DNA of 64,000 nucleotides from a virus (taxonomy: Duplodnaviria > Caudoviricetes). The notes beneath the pieces are model-generated. The model was not told where the DNA came from. It did not search any database and worked only from the letters and a program-made list of their open reading frames with translations. Location of the stretch: the IMG/VR virus record IMGVR_UViG_3300029305_002015, positions 36,956-100,955 of that record; one strand, written 5' to 3'. Every line of letters begins with the position of its first letter. The first letter of the stretch is position 1. Both the position numbers and the translations under genes were made by a program. Positions 20,271 to 29,206 of the stretch are shown here, one piece after another.

Positions 20271-21413
20271 GTGACATTTAAAAACTTTCCAACATATATG
20301 ACAGAAGATGAATTTATCCAATTCTGGAAGGAATACTTCGAAGAACATCAGATGAAGGAGAAAGAAGATGTAAACATTTATGTACACTATCCATGGTGTA
20401 GAAGTGTATGTAAATTCTGTATCTTTGGTGCTTTAAAACTAGAAGAGAATCGTCATCTGGTGGAACCGTATGAACGAGCAACTTTAAGAATGATGGAACG
20501 AATGGCTCCAATTATAGAAACTCAAAAGGTTTCTGAGTTGTTCTTTGGTGGTGGTACCCCTAGTTTATGGACTATGGAATCATTAAAAAGAATGACTGAA
20601 ATCTTACCAAATTATGATAAGATTGGGATTCGTCGTACAGAGATACATCCATCTGATATGACTGATGAGCGAATGGAATTTATGATTAATACGATGAAGT
20701 TTCATCATATCAGTATTGGAGTTCAGTCATTTGATAAAGCATCTTGTAAAGGTCAGAACAGAATTCATATTTCTCCAGAACAACTTGCTCATGTTGTTAA
20801 GACGTTTCAGAAAGCAGGTTTATATGTAAACTGCGACCTAGTAGCATTATTCAATGGACCTGATGAGAAGAACTGGGATATCTTTAAAGAAGATCTACGA
20901 ATAATGGAAACAGTTGTCCATCCTGATGCAATGACTGTATCTCCAAATTATCGAGAAGATTATTATAATAATTCTATTAAATTCCGTAAGATCATCAAAG
21001 AGTTCAATGATACTCAAACTGGTGGGTATCATTTGAATTATGGAGATCAGGCATTTTCTCTTGATAAGATGGATATTATTCGTCATATGGATAGACCTTA
21101 TATTTTCCTTACTGATGAATATGCAAGATTTGTATTAGATCATCCAGTACTTAGTGAAACTAAAACTAAGGAAGAAATGGATAATCGAAATATGATTGCT
21201 TTTGGTGGTATTGATGGTGAAGGTGCATTTAGTAGAACTGCTGAATATCACTACATCAATGGTATATACATCCCTCAAGACGATGAATTCCATTATAGAT
21301 GTAAAAAGAAATCAATGTTTGAAAGATTGAATATCAAGAATGATAATGATTTCTATAATAATGAAATTCATATTGGTCAGGGATTTGTACTTCCACCTCC
21401 AACCCGTGAATAA
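20271..21413 (+). CDS. HemN-like (class C-type) radical SAM protein
   Basis: IYVHYPWCRSVCKFC, FFGGGTPS, ISIGVQSF. GTG at 20271 follows GGAGG (track starts at 20256). Confidence 0.85.
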   Translation: MTFKNFPTYMTEDEFIQFWKEYFEEHQMKEKEDVNIYVHYPWCRSVCKFCIFGALKLEENRHLVEPYERATLRMMERMAPIIETQKVSELFFGGGTPSLWTMESLKRMTEILPNYDKIGIRRTEIHPSDMTDERMEFMINTMKFHHISIGVQSFDKASCKGQNRIHISPEQLAHVVKTFQKAGLYVNCDLVALFNGPDEKNWDIFKEDLRIMETVVHPDAMTVSPNYREDYYNNSIKFRKIIKEFNDTQTGGYHLNYGDQAFSLDKMDIIRHMDRPYIFLTDEYARFVLDHPVLSETKTKEEMDNRNMIAFGGIDGEGAFSRTAEYHYINGIYIPQDDEFHYRCKKKSMFERLNIKNDNDFYNNEIHIGQGFVLPPPTRE

Positions 21414-21450
21414 CCGACAGTTCTTTAATATATTTAAGGAGGTTTAATTT

Positions 21451-21657
21451 ATGGAATTTACTGAAAGAGATCAGCAAGCTATTAAAGAATATCTTGGATA
21501 TATCCGTGCTGGTTCTAAACGTATCTATGAAATTGATGATAGTAGATATCGTGATGAAATTGCAAAGTTGATGCAAGAGGATGTAGATGCAGGTAGATCT
21601 ACTGGTCATGAACGTAGAGCATTACGTGAATATAATGAACGCTATAGAAAGGATTAA
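21451..21657 (+). CDS. Hypothetical protein
   Basis: 68 aa, RBS AAGGAGG. Confidence 0.65.
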   Translation: MEFTERDQQAIKEYLGYIRAGSKRIYEIDDSRYRDEIAKLMQEDVDAGRSTGHERRALREYNERYRKD

Positions 21658-21668
21658 GGTGAACTAAT

Positions 21669-21875
21669 ATGGCTAAGAAACATGTTATCAAATATTGGGC
21701 TAGATTACTTCAGAAAGGAACTTTTAAAGAATCCGAAGTTCCTGAAGATATCAGAGCTGAAGTAGTAGCAACATCCTTATCTCTTCCTCCTCGTGAAAGT
21801 ATTTTCGATGATACGAAACCTGTTGTAGAGGAAGATGCTGAATCTACTAACACTAGTGAACCTACAGAAGAATAA
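21669..21875 (+). CDS. CD1375-like small phage protein
   Basis: YWARLLQKGTFKESEVPEDIRAEV resembles the CD1375 family, often found near tail-fibre genes. Confidence 0.5.
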   Translation: MAKKHVIKYWARLLQKGTFKESEVPEDIRAEVVATSLSLPPRESIFDDTKPVVEEDAESTNTSEPTEE

Positions 21876-21878
21876 AAG

Positions 21879-21909
21879 AATAAGAGGGAGCACAATGCTC
21901 CCTCTTATT
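21879..21909. terminator. Bidirectional terminator between convergent genes
   Basis: aataagagggagca-caa-tgctccctcttatt. Confidence 0.8.
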
Positions 21910-21916
21910 TTACTTA

Positions 21917-23821
21917 TTATACATAAGCTTCAACGGTTTCATTATGAGATTCATTGACATCACTGTCAAGGAAGATACACTGATTACCAGAGATCAGAAT
22001 CTTGATAAGTTCAGATGCTACAGACAGAACCATTGCATCAGTCTCAGCAGAAGTAATGATATTCTCATTATACTCAAGAGTCTCAAGATCGAAAGTTTTA
22101 TTCTGCTGGATAGAACTATTAATGATCTCTGCACCCTTATCAATTGCAGCCTGTTCAAGAGCAGCTACTGCTTCAGGTTCATTGGAAGTATACTGCCAAC
22201 GATCAACGAGTTTGATCATACCCTGACCAGTTGCACCATGTAGAACCTGAGCATATACCATTCGAACTGCATCATAGATCATATCCAGAATACCATATCT
22301 GAGACGGATATCATTAGTAAGGCTCTTCATGTATTCATTCGGATTCTCGGTCTTCTCAGGAAGGATATCTCTCATTGCATCAATACATGCACGAGCAATT
22401 GTGATCTGACAACCAGGAACAACACCATACTTGATTGCAGAACGTACACACTTTATTACATCTTCAACGGAGTCCCAAATAATCTGTTTCTGAAGATCAC
22501 TATCTGCACCAATGTAATAGATGAAGTTCTTCATCTCTAACTGAAGTACACGAGCATTGGCTTCATAGATCTTGGAAGAATAAGACTGCTTCTCTGCATC
22601 AGTAGTAGCAGTAATCTGCTCAAGATCAGTACGAGCACGGCGAAGTGCATCCTGATATTTCTCATCAGATTCAATATCCTCAACACGGAAGATAGAACCT
22701 GTATTACAAGACAGAAGAGCTTCTGCTGCCTTACCAATTACTCGATGGAACTCATAACTGTTATTATTGAGAACATCTTCAACCCATGCGTCAACAGTAG
22801 CACGATCAAACTTTTCAATCATACCAGTATACAGTTCCTGAGTAATAACTTTAGCTCTGAGAATAGTAGCCAAGTCAACAAGCTGATTAGGCTCAAGTTT
22901 ACCCATTGCATACTGAGCCATAATGATATTAATTCCACCCTTATTTCTCATCTCATAAGTGAGATACTGATCAACAACAGTTTCACACATATAAGCATCA
23001 TAGAAAGGAGCAAGGATAAGAAGTTTACTACCCATGGCTCTCATACATTCATTGATAGGAATAATGAACTTGTTAAACATATCAGTTTCAACTTTGTGAT
23101 CAAAGATCATTACAAATACATTCTTCTCAGTAGCACTAAGATCCTGATTACGAACAAAAGCATCACTGATAAGATTGGCAGGGAAATCAAATCCATTGAT
23201 TGCAGATACATAAGACTTATTAGTAGGAGAATCCTTCATTTTAATGGAAGGAGATTTAGCATTCTTATAAGTCTCAGCAATAGCATGAGCAATCTCTTCA
23301 TTACCATTAGACGTTACATATGCAATATTATAAATGGAATCATAATCAGTAGGATCAATAGGTCTAGCAGCACTATGAACTCTATTCTTCAGATCCTCAA
23401 TAATTTCATCCCAAGCTCTATTGAACTGACGAGGAAGCCTATATAAAGTGTTAAAAGCAGCCTTACGGCTAATAACACCATTACCACCATTATATTGCTT
23501 GAATAAAGCATTGGTAAGGACGATAGCAGTAGTAGTACCATCACCTACGGTATTATTCATACGAATACAAGGTGCTTTGATAAGATTATATATCATCCTC
23601 TTATAACGGTTATGGAAACGATACTTCATTAAGATGGCATGTCCATCTTTCGTAGCCTCAGTCATCATACCATCAAGAATGGTAGCAGATGAACCTAGAG
23701 GTCCTAACGACTTGCTTAAATTATCGGAGATAACTCCAAATACCTCATTGATCAATCCCTCGAATTCTTCTTGAGGAATAATGTTGCAATGATTCTGATT
23801 AGAATAGTCTAAAAATCCCAT
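21917..23821 (-). CDS. groEL: Phage GroEL-like chaperonin
   Basis: 634 aa; SLGPLG, TKDG, GDGTTTA, EDVIKCVRSAIKYGVVPG equatorial-domain motifs. Confidence 0.9.
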   Translation of the reverse strand: MGFLDYSNQNHCNIIPQEEFEGLINEVFGVISDNLSKSLGPLGSSATILDGMMTEATKDGHAILMKYRFHNRYKRMIYNLIKAPCIRMNNTVGDGTTTAIVLTNALFKQYNGGNGVISRKAAFNTLYRLPRQFNRAWDEIIEDLKNRVHSAARPIDPTDYDSIYNIAYVTSNGNEEIAHAIAETYKNAKSPSIKMKDSPTNKSYVSAINGFDFPANLISDAFVRNQDLSATEKNVFVMIFDHKVETDMFNKFIIPINECMRAMGSKLLILAPFYDAYMCETVVDQYLTYEMRNKGGINIIMAQYAMGKLEPNQLVDLATILRAKVITQELYTGMIEKFDRATVDAWVEDVLNNNSYEFHRVIGKAAEALLSCNTGSIFRVEDIESDEKYQDALRRARTDLEQITATTDAEKQSYSSKIYEANARVLQLEMKNFIYYIGADSDLQKQIIWDSVEDVIKCVRSAIKYGVVPGCQITIARACIDAMRDILPEKTENPNEYMKSLTNDIRLRYGILDMIYDAVRMVYAQVLHGATGQGMIKLVDRWQYTSNEPEAVAALEQAAIDKGAEIINSSIQQNKTFDLETLEYNENIITSAETDAMVLSVASELIKILISGNQCIFLDSDVNESHNETVEAYV

Positions 23822-23933
23822 AGTTTCAAATCCTTTCTGTTTTATTAGAATTACTTTAGATTGTTATAGCTTCAGCTATTAATATACAAGTAAAAATGCT
23901 ACAGCTACTTTAATTAAAAAGGAGGTGTTCTAA

Positions 23934-24521
23934 ATGAAACGAAGAGAAGATATAATTTATGATCAAAAATTTGGACACATTCCTGACAGCCAATTAGAAC
24001 GTATCACACATATACTTGGTAAACGTGCAGGAAATGAAAAATATAATGCTATGATTGCCTCTGAAGCAAAGAGGATAAAACGGATTAAAACTACTACTAT
24101 TAAATTTACTATGTGGAAGATAGTTAAACCATCTGCTCGTCCCAGATTCAATCGTCGTGGTGGTTATGTGCGAACATATGTACCTCATGCAAAGGAAAAT
24201 GGAGATTGGTTTGAAGAGTTTGCTAAAGAAAATAATCTTCCATTTATTGATACTCCATGTACCCTTAACATGTCTATTTATGAAAAGACTCCTGATTCAT
24301 TTAATATGAAACAAAAGGTATTAGCTGAATTAGGTTTAATAAGACCATGGAAACGAACTGGTGACTTTGACAACTATGCTAAAGGTATAGCTGATGCTAT
24401 TCAGCATGGTATGTTAGCTGATGACTGTTTAGTAGTTGAATCAACTCAGAAACTATATTACAGTATTAAACCTCATGCAGATATTGAAATTGTGTATATG
24501 AATAAGTTTCCTGAGTATTAA
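23934..24521 (+). CDS. rusA: RusA-like Holliday junction resolvase
   Basis: KPSARPRF, GDFDNYAKGIADA, LADDCLVV (D-x-D-N-x-x-K...D...DD). Confidence 0.85.
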   Translation: MKRREDIIYDQKFGHIPDSQLERITHILGKRAGNEKYNAMIASEAKRIKRIKTTTIKFTMWKIVKPSARPRFNRRGGYVRTYVPHAKENGDWFEEFAKENNLPFIDTPCTLNMSIYEKTPDSFNMKQKVLAELGLIRPWKRTGDFDNYAKGIADAIQHGMLADDCLVVESTQKLYYSIKPHADIEIVYMNKFPEY

Positions 24522-24535
24522 GGAGGTAATATCTT

Positions 24536-25159
24536 ATGATGGGTAAAGATGTTGAAAGAATACTAGGAGGTATTAATGCAGTAAAAGATGCAGCTACCTC
24601 ATGTATTTCTTCATTAGCAAATGCTACTGCATATAGATTAACTCATGAAGCTACTCATGGTGGGTTATCTACTGCACCATGTTATCCTATTGAACAAGAA
24701 CATCCTGCAGGAGCATCTGGATTTGTATCTCCTATTAGAGCTGCTATGAGTGGTATAGCTTCTGATAAAGGTAAGATGGATACTCTTGCTAGTGGCCTAT
24801 ATACCAGCTCTAATAGTTTTAATAATGGATATGGTAGTCCTTGGACTGAACTAAATAAACTAGAAGAAGCTATTTCTACGGCAGAAGCATTTGCAGGTGC
24901 ACATGCTAATCTTGATTGGTTAGGTGAGAAAGCTGGTTTATTAGGATTACTTAATGCTGTACTAAGTGCAGCTGTTGATGCCAAGTGGGCATTAACAATT
25001 TATCATGATTATATCCAAAGAGGATATGATAATAAATTCAATGGCAATAAACCTAGTATCACATTTACATCAGGTATTCAAAAAGAAACTGTTGGTAATA
25101 TTAATCACGAGTATACCGACAATGTTCATATTGAGAAACCGTCTATTGATCCATTCTAA
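24536..25159 (+). CDS. Hypothetical protein
   Basis: 207 aa; RBS AAGGAGG. Confidence 0.65.
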   Translation: MMGKDVERILGGINAVKDAATSCISSLANATAYRLTHEATHGGLSTAPCYPIEQEHPAGASGFVSPIRAAMSGIASDKGKMDTLASGLYTSSNSFNNGYGSPWTELNKLEEAISTAEAFAGAHANLDWLGEKAGLLGLLNAVLSAAVDAKWALTIYHDYIQRGYDNKFNGNKPSITFTSGIQKETVGNINHEYTDNVHIEKPSIDPF

Positions 25160-25174
25160 ACTGGAGGTATTATT

Positions 25175-25441
25175 ATGGAACAACTTATTGAAATTATCGT
25201 TAATAATTTCTGGCAATTACTAATTATAATTGCTTTACTGTCTCATCGATCTTGTTGGAAATATGGTATATTCCTATTATTCACAGAATTATTCTGGGGA
25301 TTTAAATGGTATCTATACACCATTGTATTCATCTTCGCATTCATATTTGATGTATTTGATCTTAACCAAAAGATGAAATCTCAATATGAAAGAAAAATAA
25401 AAGATTTAGAAGATAAACTTAGAGATCCTGATTACAGATAA
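25175..25441 (+). CDS. Small membrane protein
   Basis: 88 aa; 2-3 hydrophobic segments and a charged C-terminus; RBS GGAGG. Confidence 0.6.
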   Translation: MEQLIEIIVNNFWQLLIIIALLSHRSCWKYGIFLLFTELFWGFKWYLYTIVFIFAFIFDVFDLNQKMKSQYERKIKDLEDKLRDPDYR

Positions 25442-25471
25442 AAGATAGGGAGCACAATGCTCCCTATCTTT
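25441..25471. terminator. Bidirectional terminator
   Basis: aaagatagggagca-caa-tgctccctatcttt. Confidence 0.8.
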
Positions 25472-26605
25472 TTATTTATATGACTCATTAATATACGCAG
25501 TTAATTCTTCCAATGACATTGGATTATCATACATCTTACTGATATATCTATGAATCTTATCAGGAATAGCTAATGAGTTATCAAGTATGAAATCATATTC
25601 ATCTTCTATTTCCTCTTTGGCATCAGCAATTAGTTCAGTAGCTGTTTCTTTAATAAGAGGAGATATATGAGTATCATTAAATAGAATTGCTTTTAGATTT
25701 TCTTTAAATGAAGGATCAACATTCTCAGGTGCTCTAAAGATTATTCTGATCTTACCATGATTATCTCCTTCAAAGACTTCGGGATTATCTTCTCTAATCT
25801 TATCTATCTCTCTGATAATCTCATCAGGATTTTGAAATACTTTAGAGTCAGGAGTAAACTCATATGTTTTATATACATATGCTTGCTCATTCTCATAGAA
25901 TGTGAATATACCATTTTCAATTATTCCATAACCCTTGGGTTCTTCCTGGCCAAATGAATCTCTAAATAATGATCCTAAATAGAATACATTATTTCCCATT
26001 TGAGTAAAGCTATGATAATGACCAAATACAGTTATATCAGATATTTCACTGAATGTATTAGATTGAAATCTAGGTACTCTCTTCTCATCATTCTTATGGC
26101 TACTGAATGAAATAATTGGAGGCATACCATCTTCAATTGTACCATGGCCAAAGATATAGTTATATCTTTTTCCAGAATAAATAGTATTACCATAAAACTT
26201 CTGTTTGTTGTTGATATACTCTTCTGGAACATACAAAATATTGTATCCATCAATGTTTTCCTCAGTCACTGTATCGAGTAATCTGATATCAACTGTAGTA
26301 TCGGTAAAGTGATAATTGAATAGTTTATATTGTGCCATCTCATGTGATTCAGTTCCATATATGATTCTTATTTTTGTATTAGATCTTTCACATGCTCTAA
26401 TTAGGAATGACATTACATTGATTGCGCATGACACATATTCTTCATTTACTTTAAATAACCTATGGAAGTAATCTCCAAGAATAACTACCATATCAGTCTT
26501 TGTAAACATTACTTCTTTTTCAATGATATCAGTTATAACGTTATATGTGTAAGTAGTATCTTTGATACTACCAATATGAATATCAGCAAATAACAATATT
26601 CTCAT
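25472..26605 (-). CDS. SbcD/Mre11-like metallophosphoesterase (recombination nuclease subunit)
   Basis: MRILLFADIHIG, LGDYFH, GTESHE, GHG, GHYH, YLGS motifs. ATG at 26605 follows GGAGG (track starts at 26620). Confidence 0.85.
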   Translation of the reverse strand: MRILLFADIHIGSIKDTTYTYNVITDIIEKEVMFTKTDMVVILGDYFHRLFKVNEEYVSCAINVMSFLIRACERSNTKIRIIYGTESHEMAQYKLFNYHFTDTTVDIRLLDTVTEENIDGYNILYVPEEYINNKQKFYGNTIYSGKRYNYIFGHGTIEDGMPPIISFSSHKNDEKRVPRFQSNTFSEISDITVFGHYHSFTQMGNNVFYLGSLFRDSFGQEEPKGYGIIENGIFTFYENEQAYVYKTYEFTPDSKVFQNPDEIIREIDKIREDNPEVFEGDNHGKIRIIFRAPENVDPSFKENLKAILFNDTHISPLIKETATELIADAKEEIEDEYDFILDNSLAIPDKIHRYISKMYDNPMSLEELTAYINESYK

Positions 26606-26643
26606 ATCTAAAACCTCCATAAGATTTTATTTTATCACTTAAT

Positions 26644-26653
26644 AATATATTAT
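26644..26653 (+). promoter_or_regulatory. Putative early (virion RNAP) promoter motif
   Basis: AATATATTAT upstream of 26699; variant of a recurring TATATATTHT motif. Confidence 0.4.
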
Positions 26654-26698
26654 CGAATGAAGAATAAAATAATAAACACATTAAGGAGGATCTATCAA

Positions 26699-27235
26699 AT
26701 GACACGCAAATTAATCCAACGGCAGCCCAATTATATCAGAATTGGTAGTACTCACATGTGGTTTAACCCCACGGCACAAAACTATTATCAAGTAAATGAT
26801 AATTTTACTAGAGCAGATGATGTACATGTTTACTTAACTAAAGCATCTGTAATTACCAATGAATTACAGGAATTTCTATCAAAGTTTTTCAAAAATGGAT
26901 ATAATTCTCCTTTAGTTACTATCCATATTCCTAGATATATAAAAGATAGTGAAACTATTCTTGAAGATTTCGTATTCTCAGATACATTTTATGTTAATCC
27001 AGAGGATCTGCTTAGATTCGAAGTCCAGTATGTATTGAGTGAAATTAAGATTAGGATCACGCTTAGAAAAGATATTCCTGTCGATTACATTCCTAATTAT
27101 CATGGTTATATCAAGCATGCTGTTATACAGAATTTTAGAAGATGTTGTCCAAAAGAAAAATTGGAGAGATTCAACAATGATGATGAAATATGGGATTATA
27201 TAGTTACTGAGAAAAATAATAAATTGGAGGAATAA
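26699..27235 (+). CDS. Hypothetical protein (paralog of next gene)
   Basis: ATG at 26699 after AAGGAGG; shares IHxPxxIKD and IxNFxxxxPxxxLxxFxxDxxIWDYI with 27239-27865. Confidence 0.7.
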   Translation: MTRKLIQRQPNYIRIGSTHMWFNPTAQNYYQVNDNFTRADDVHVYLTKASVITNELQEFLSKFFKNGYNSPLVTIHIPRYIKDSETILEDFVFSDTFYVNPEDLLRFEVQYVLSEIKIRITLRKDIPVDYIPNYHGYIKHAVIQNFRRCCPKEKLERFNNDDEIWDYIVTEKNNKLEE

Positions 27236-27238
27236 ACA

Positions 27239-27865
27239 ATGGAGTTACATATCACTGGTCTTTATGGAATTAACAAAAGTAATTATGTTAGATCGAAAAA
27301 TATGTTAATAATGCTAAATCCTACAGCAGAAGATATAAAAGATATGGAGGATGTTATTAAACAAAATTACCGAGTTCATATCTTTATTACATCACCATAT
27401 ATTTTCACAGAAGAGTTCAATGCAGCATTTGATAATCTTACTGATTGGGCTAAATACTATATTCATGTTCCTAAGGTTATTAAAGATCTTAAAATAATTG
27501 CAGAAGATGCTATTAGGCCTTTAAGAGAACATAAAGAAATCAAAGTTATTCTTGAGAAGAAAGGTCCACTATTTGCAACCCCTTGTATTAGAGGAGGTCA
27601 CTTTCCTATCAAGGTTAACTATAATGACAATGCCATTGAAATTAACTTAAGATTAGGAGTATCATCATATGGAAGTTATTTTCTAAATAATAATGGAGCT
27701 ATTCAAACTACTCCTATGGCCATTAATCCTGCCTTATTTAAAGATCAAATTATAGAAAACTTTAAGAAGGCAACTCCTGAATTAATACTCAAATCATTTA
27801 GAGATGATAATGATATTTGGGATTACATCAACAAAAATGGTGAATGGTCAGTCAAGGAGGAATAA
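27239..27865 (+). CDS. Hypothetical protein (paralog of previous gene)
   Basis: 208 aa; same shared motifs; RBS GGAGG. Confidence 0.7.
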   Translation: MELHITGLYGINKSNYVRSKNMLIMLNPTAEDIKDMEDVIKQNYRVHIFITSPYIFTEEFNAAFDNLTDWAKYYIHVPKVIKDLKIIAEDAIRPLREHKEIKVILEKKGPLFATPCIRGGHFPIKVNYNDNAIEINLRLGVSSYGSYFLNNNGAIQTTPMAINPALFKDQIIENFKKATPELILKSFRDDNDIWDYINKNGEWSVKEE

Positions 27866-27868
27866 TGT

Positions 27869-28588
27869 ATGAGTTTATTAACACCTATCAAGGATCTATT
27901 TAGACCTGTACTCAGTGATAGAACGATCCTTAAATATAATGCAAAAGGATTACTAATCGAAGGTGAATTGAGTGAGAGTCAAATTCAACCTAATAGCATC
28001 GATCTAACTCTTGGTAATACATGGAAGAAATTAAAGCATAATGATACATATACCAAAACTGAACCTGTGTATCTTGGTAATAATTCTCATGTATCTACCA
28101 TTGAGAAGATTATTGATCCTAGGAAACCTGTAGAATATGTTCAAGGTTTATTTAGTACATCCCCTGAATTTGATGGAGAGTATTATAAACTAATGCCTGG
28201 TGAATTTATTCTTATGGCATCTAGAGAGATCCTAAATATTCCTAATGGTATTCTTAGTTTCGTTCAAGGTAGAAGTTCTATTGCTAGACTTGGTATCCAA
28301 ACCGAACAGGCTGGTTTAATTGATGCTGGATTCAGAGGTACTATCACTTTCGAGATCTTCAATCAAAGTCAGTTTCCTATTATTCTATATACTGGAATGA
28401 GAGTTGCTCAGGTATACTTCTTTAAAGCTGAGCAAGCTAATAAAGTATATGGATTGGAAAAAGGATCTAAATATAGTAATCAGATTGAAGCTACCGGTAG
28501 TAGAATCCATATGGATAAAGAATTAAATAATGAATCTCCTGTCTATAATAAGGTAGATGCATCTGAATTCAAAATGGTTACACCTTGA
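27869..28588 (+). CDS. dcd: dCTP deaminase
   Basis: QIQPNSIDLTLG, GRSSIARLG, AGLIDAGFRGTITFE, GMRVAQ, SKYSNQ. Confidence 0.92.
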   Translation: MSLLTPIKDLFRPVLSDRTILKYNAKGLLIEGELSESQIQPNSIDLTLGNTWKKLKHNDTYTKTEPVYLGNNSHVSTIEKIIDPRKPVEYVQGLFSTSPEFDGEYYKLMPGEFILMASREILNIPNGILSFVQGRSSIARLGIQTEQAGLIDAGFRGTITFEIFNQSQFPIILYTGMRVAQVYFFKAEQANKVYGLEKGSKYSNQIEATGSRIHMDKELNNESPVYNKVDASEFKMVTP

Positions 28589-28595
28589 AATGATT

Positions 28596-28629
28596 AAATA
28601 GAGAGGTCTCAAGACCTCTCTATTTCTTT
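28596..28629 (+). terminator. Intrinsic terminator
   Basis: aaatagagaggtct-ca-agacctctctattt then cttt. Confidence 0.75.
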
Positions 28630-28669
28630 CATGTTTTAAGACAACATCAAGACTAACAAAATTAATGTT

Positions 28670-28679
28670 TATATATTCT
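28670..28679 (+). promoter_or_regulatory. Putative early promoter motif
   Basis: TATATATTCT about 30 bp upstream of 28709. Confidence 0.45.
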
Positions 28680-28708
28680 TGATTTATAATGCATGAGGAG
28701 GTTTTAAA

Positions 28709-29206
28709 ATGGCAGAGTATCAAAGTAAATTCATCAAAATCATTTATACCCCTAGGTGGAAAAAGTTTACTCCTCCACTTTGGTGGTGTTTCAGGTGGGC
28801 ATATAAGATATCAGAATATGAAGAGTATTCTGGTGTATTTCCACTAAGCATAACTTCTAAAAATAATATAAATCTTAAACAAACCCAGCGAGGAGGAAAT
28901 GGGAGTAACCAAGTACAAATAGGATTTGTGAGTAATCAATATCATAATGAATCCGATAAAACTAAAATCAACTTTCCTTGCAAGCTTAAGTATCTGATTG
29001 ATGTTGTATTCTCACATAATGAATTAGTAATGATCTGGTATGAAGATCCTGAGAATCATCACTATAGTAAATTATGGTGGAAAGGTCATGCTCATGAATT
29101 ACCAACAGAAATTTTAGAATCAGAATTCATAAAGATTAAAGGAATTATCCAAGAAAAGATTACTGATTCTGATTACATTTCAATTGAAGTTAGGAGGAAA
29201 GATTAA
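28709..29206 (+). CDS. Hypothetical protein
   Basis: 165 aa; RBS GAGGAGG; TAATG overlap with the RNAP gene. Confidence 0.65.
   Translation: MAEYQSKFIKIIYTPRWKKFTPPLWWCFRWAYKISEYEEYSGVFPLSITSKNNINLKQTQRGGNGSNQVQIGFVSNQYHNESDKTKINFPCKLKYLIDVVFSHNELVMIWYEDPENHHYSKLWWKGHAHELPTEILESEFIKIKGIIQEKITDSDYISIEVRRKD

Noticed and set aside
18455-21413. Radical SAMs as a deazaguanine/queuosine DNA-modification or heme pathway
   Set aside because: No QueC/QueD/FolE/DpdA or tetrapyrrole genes in the window, and two enzymes carry SPASM cysteines unlike QueE. Not fully excluded without the rest of the genome.
25175-25441. Holin call for the 88-aa membrane protein
   Set aside because: Topology is compatible, but it lies 21 kb from the endolysin in the RusA unit and has no family motif.
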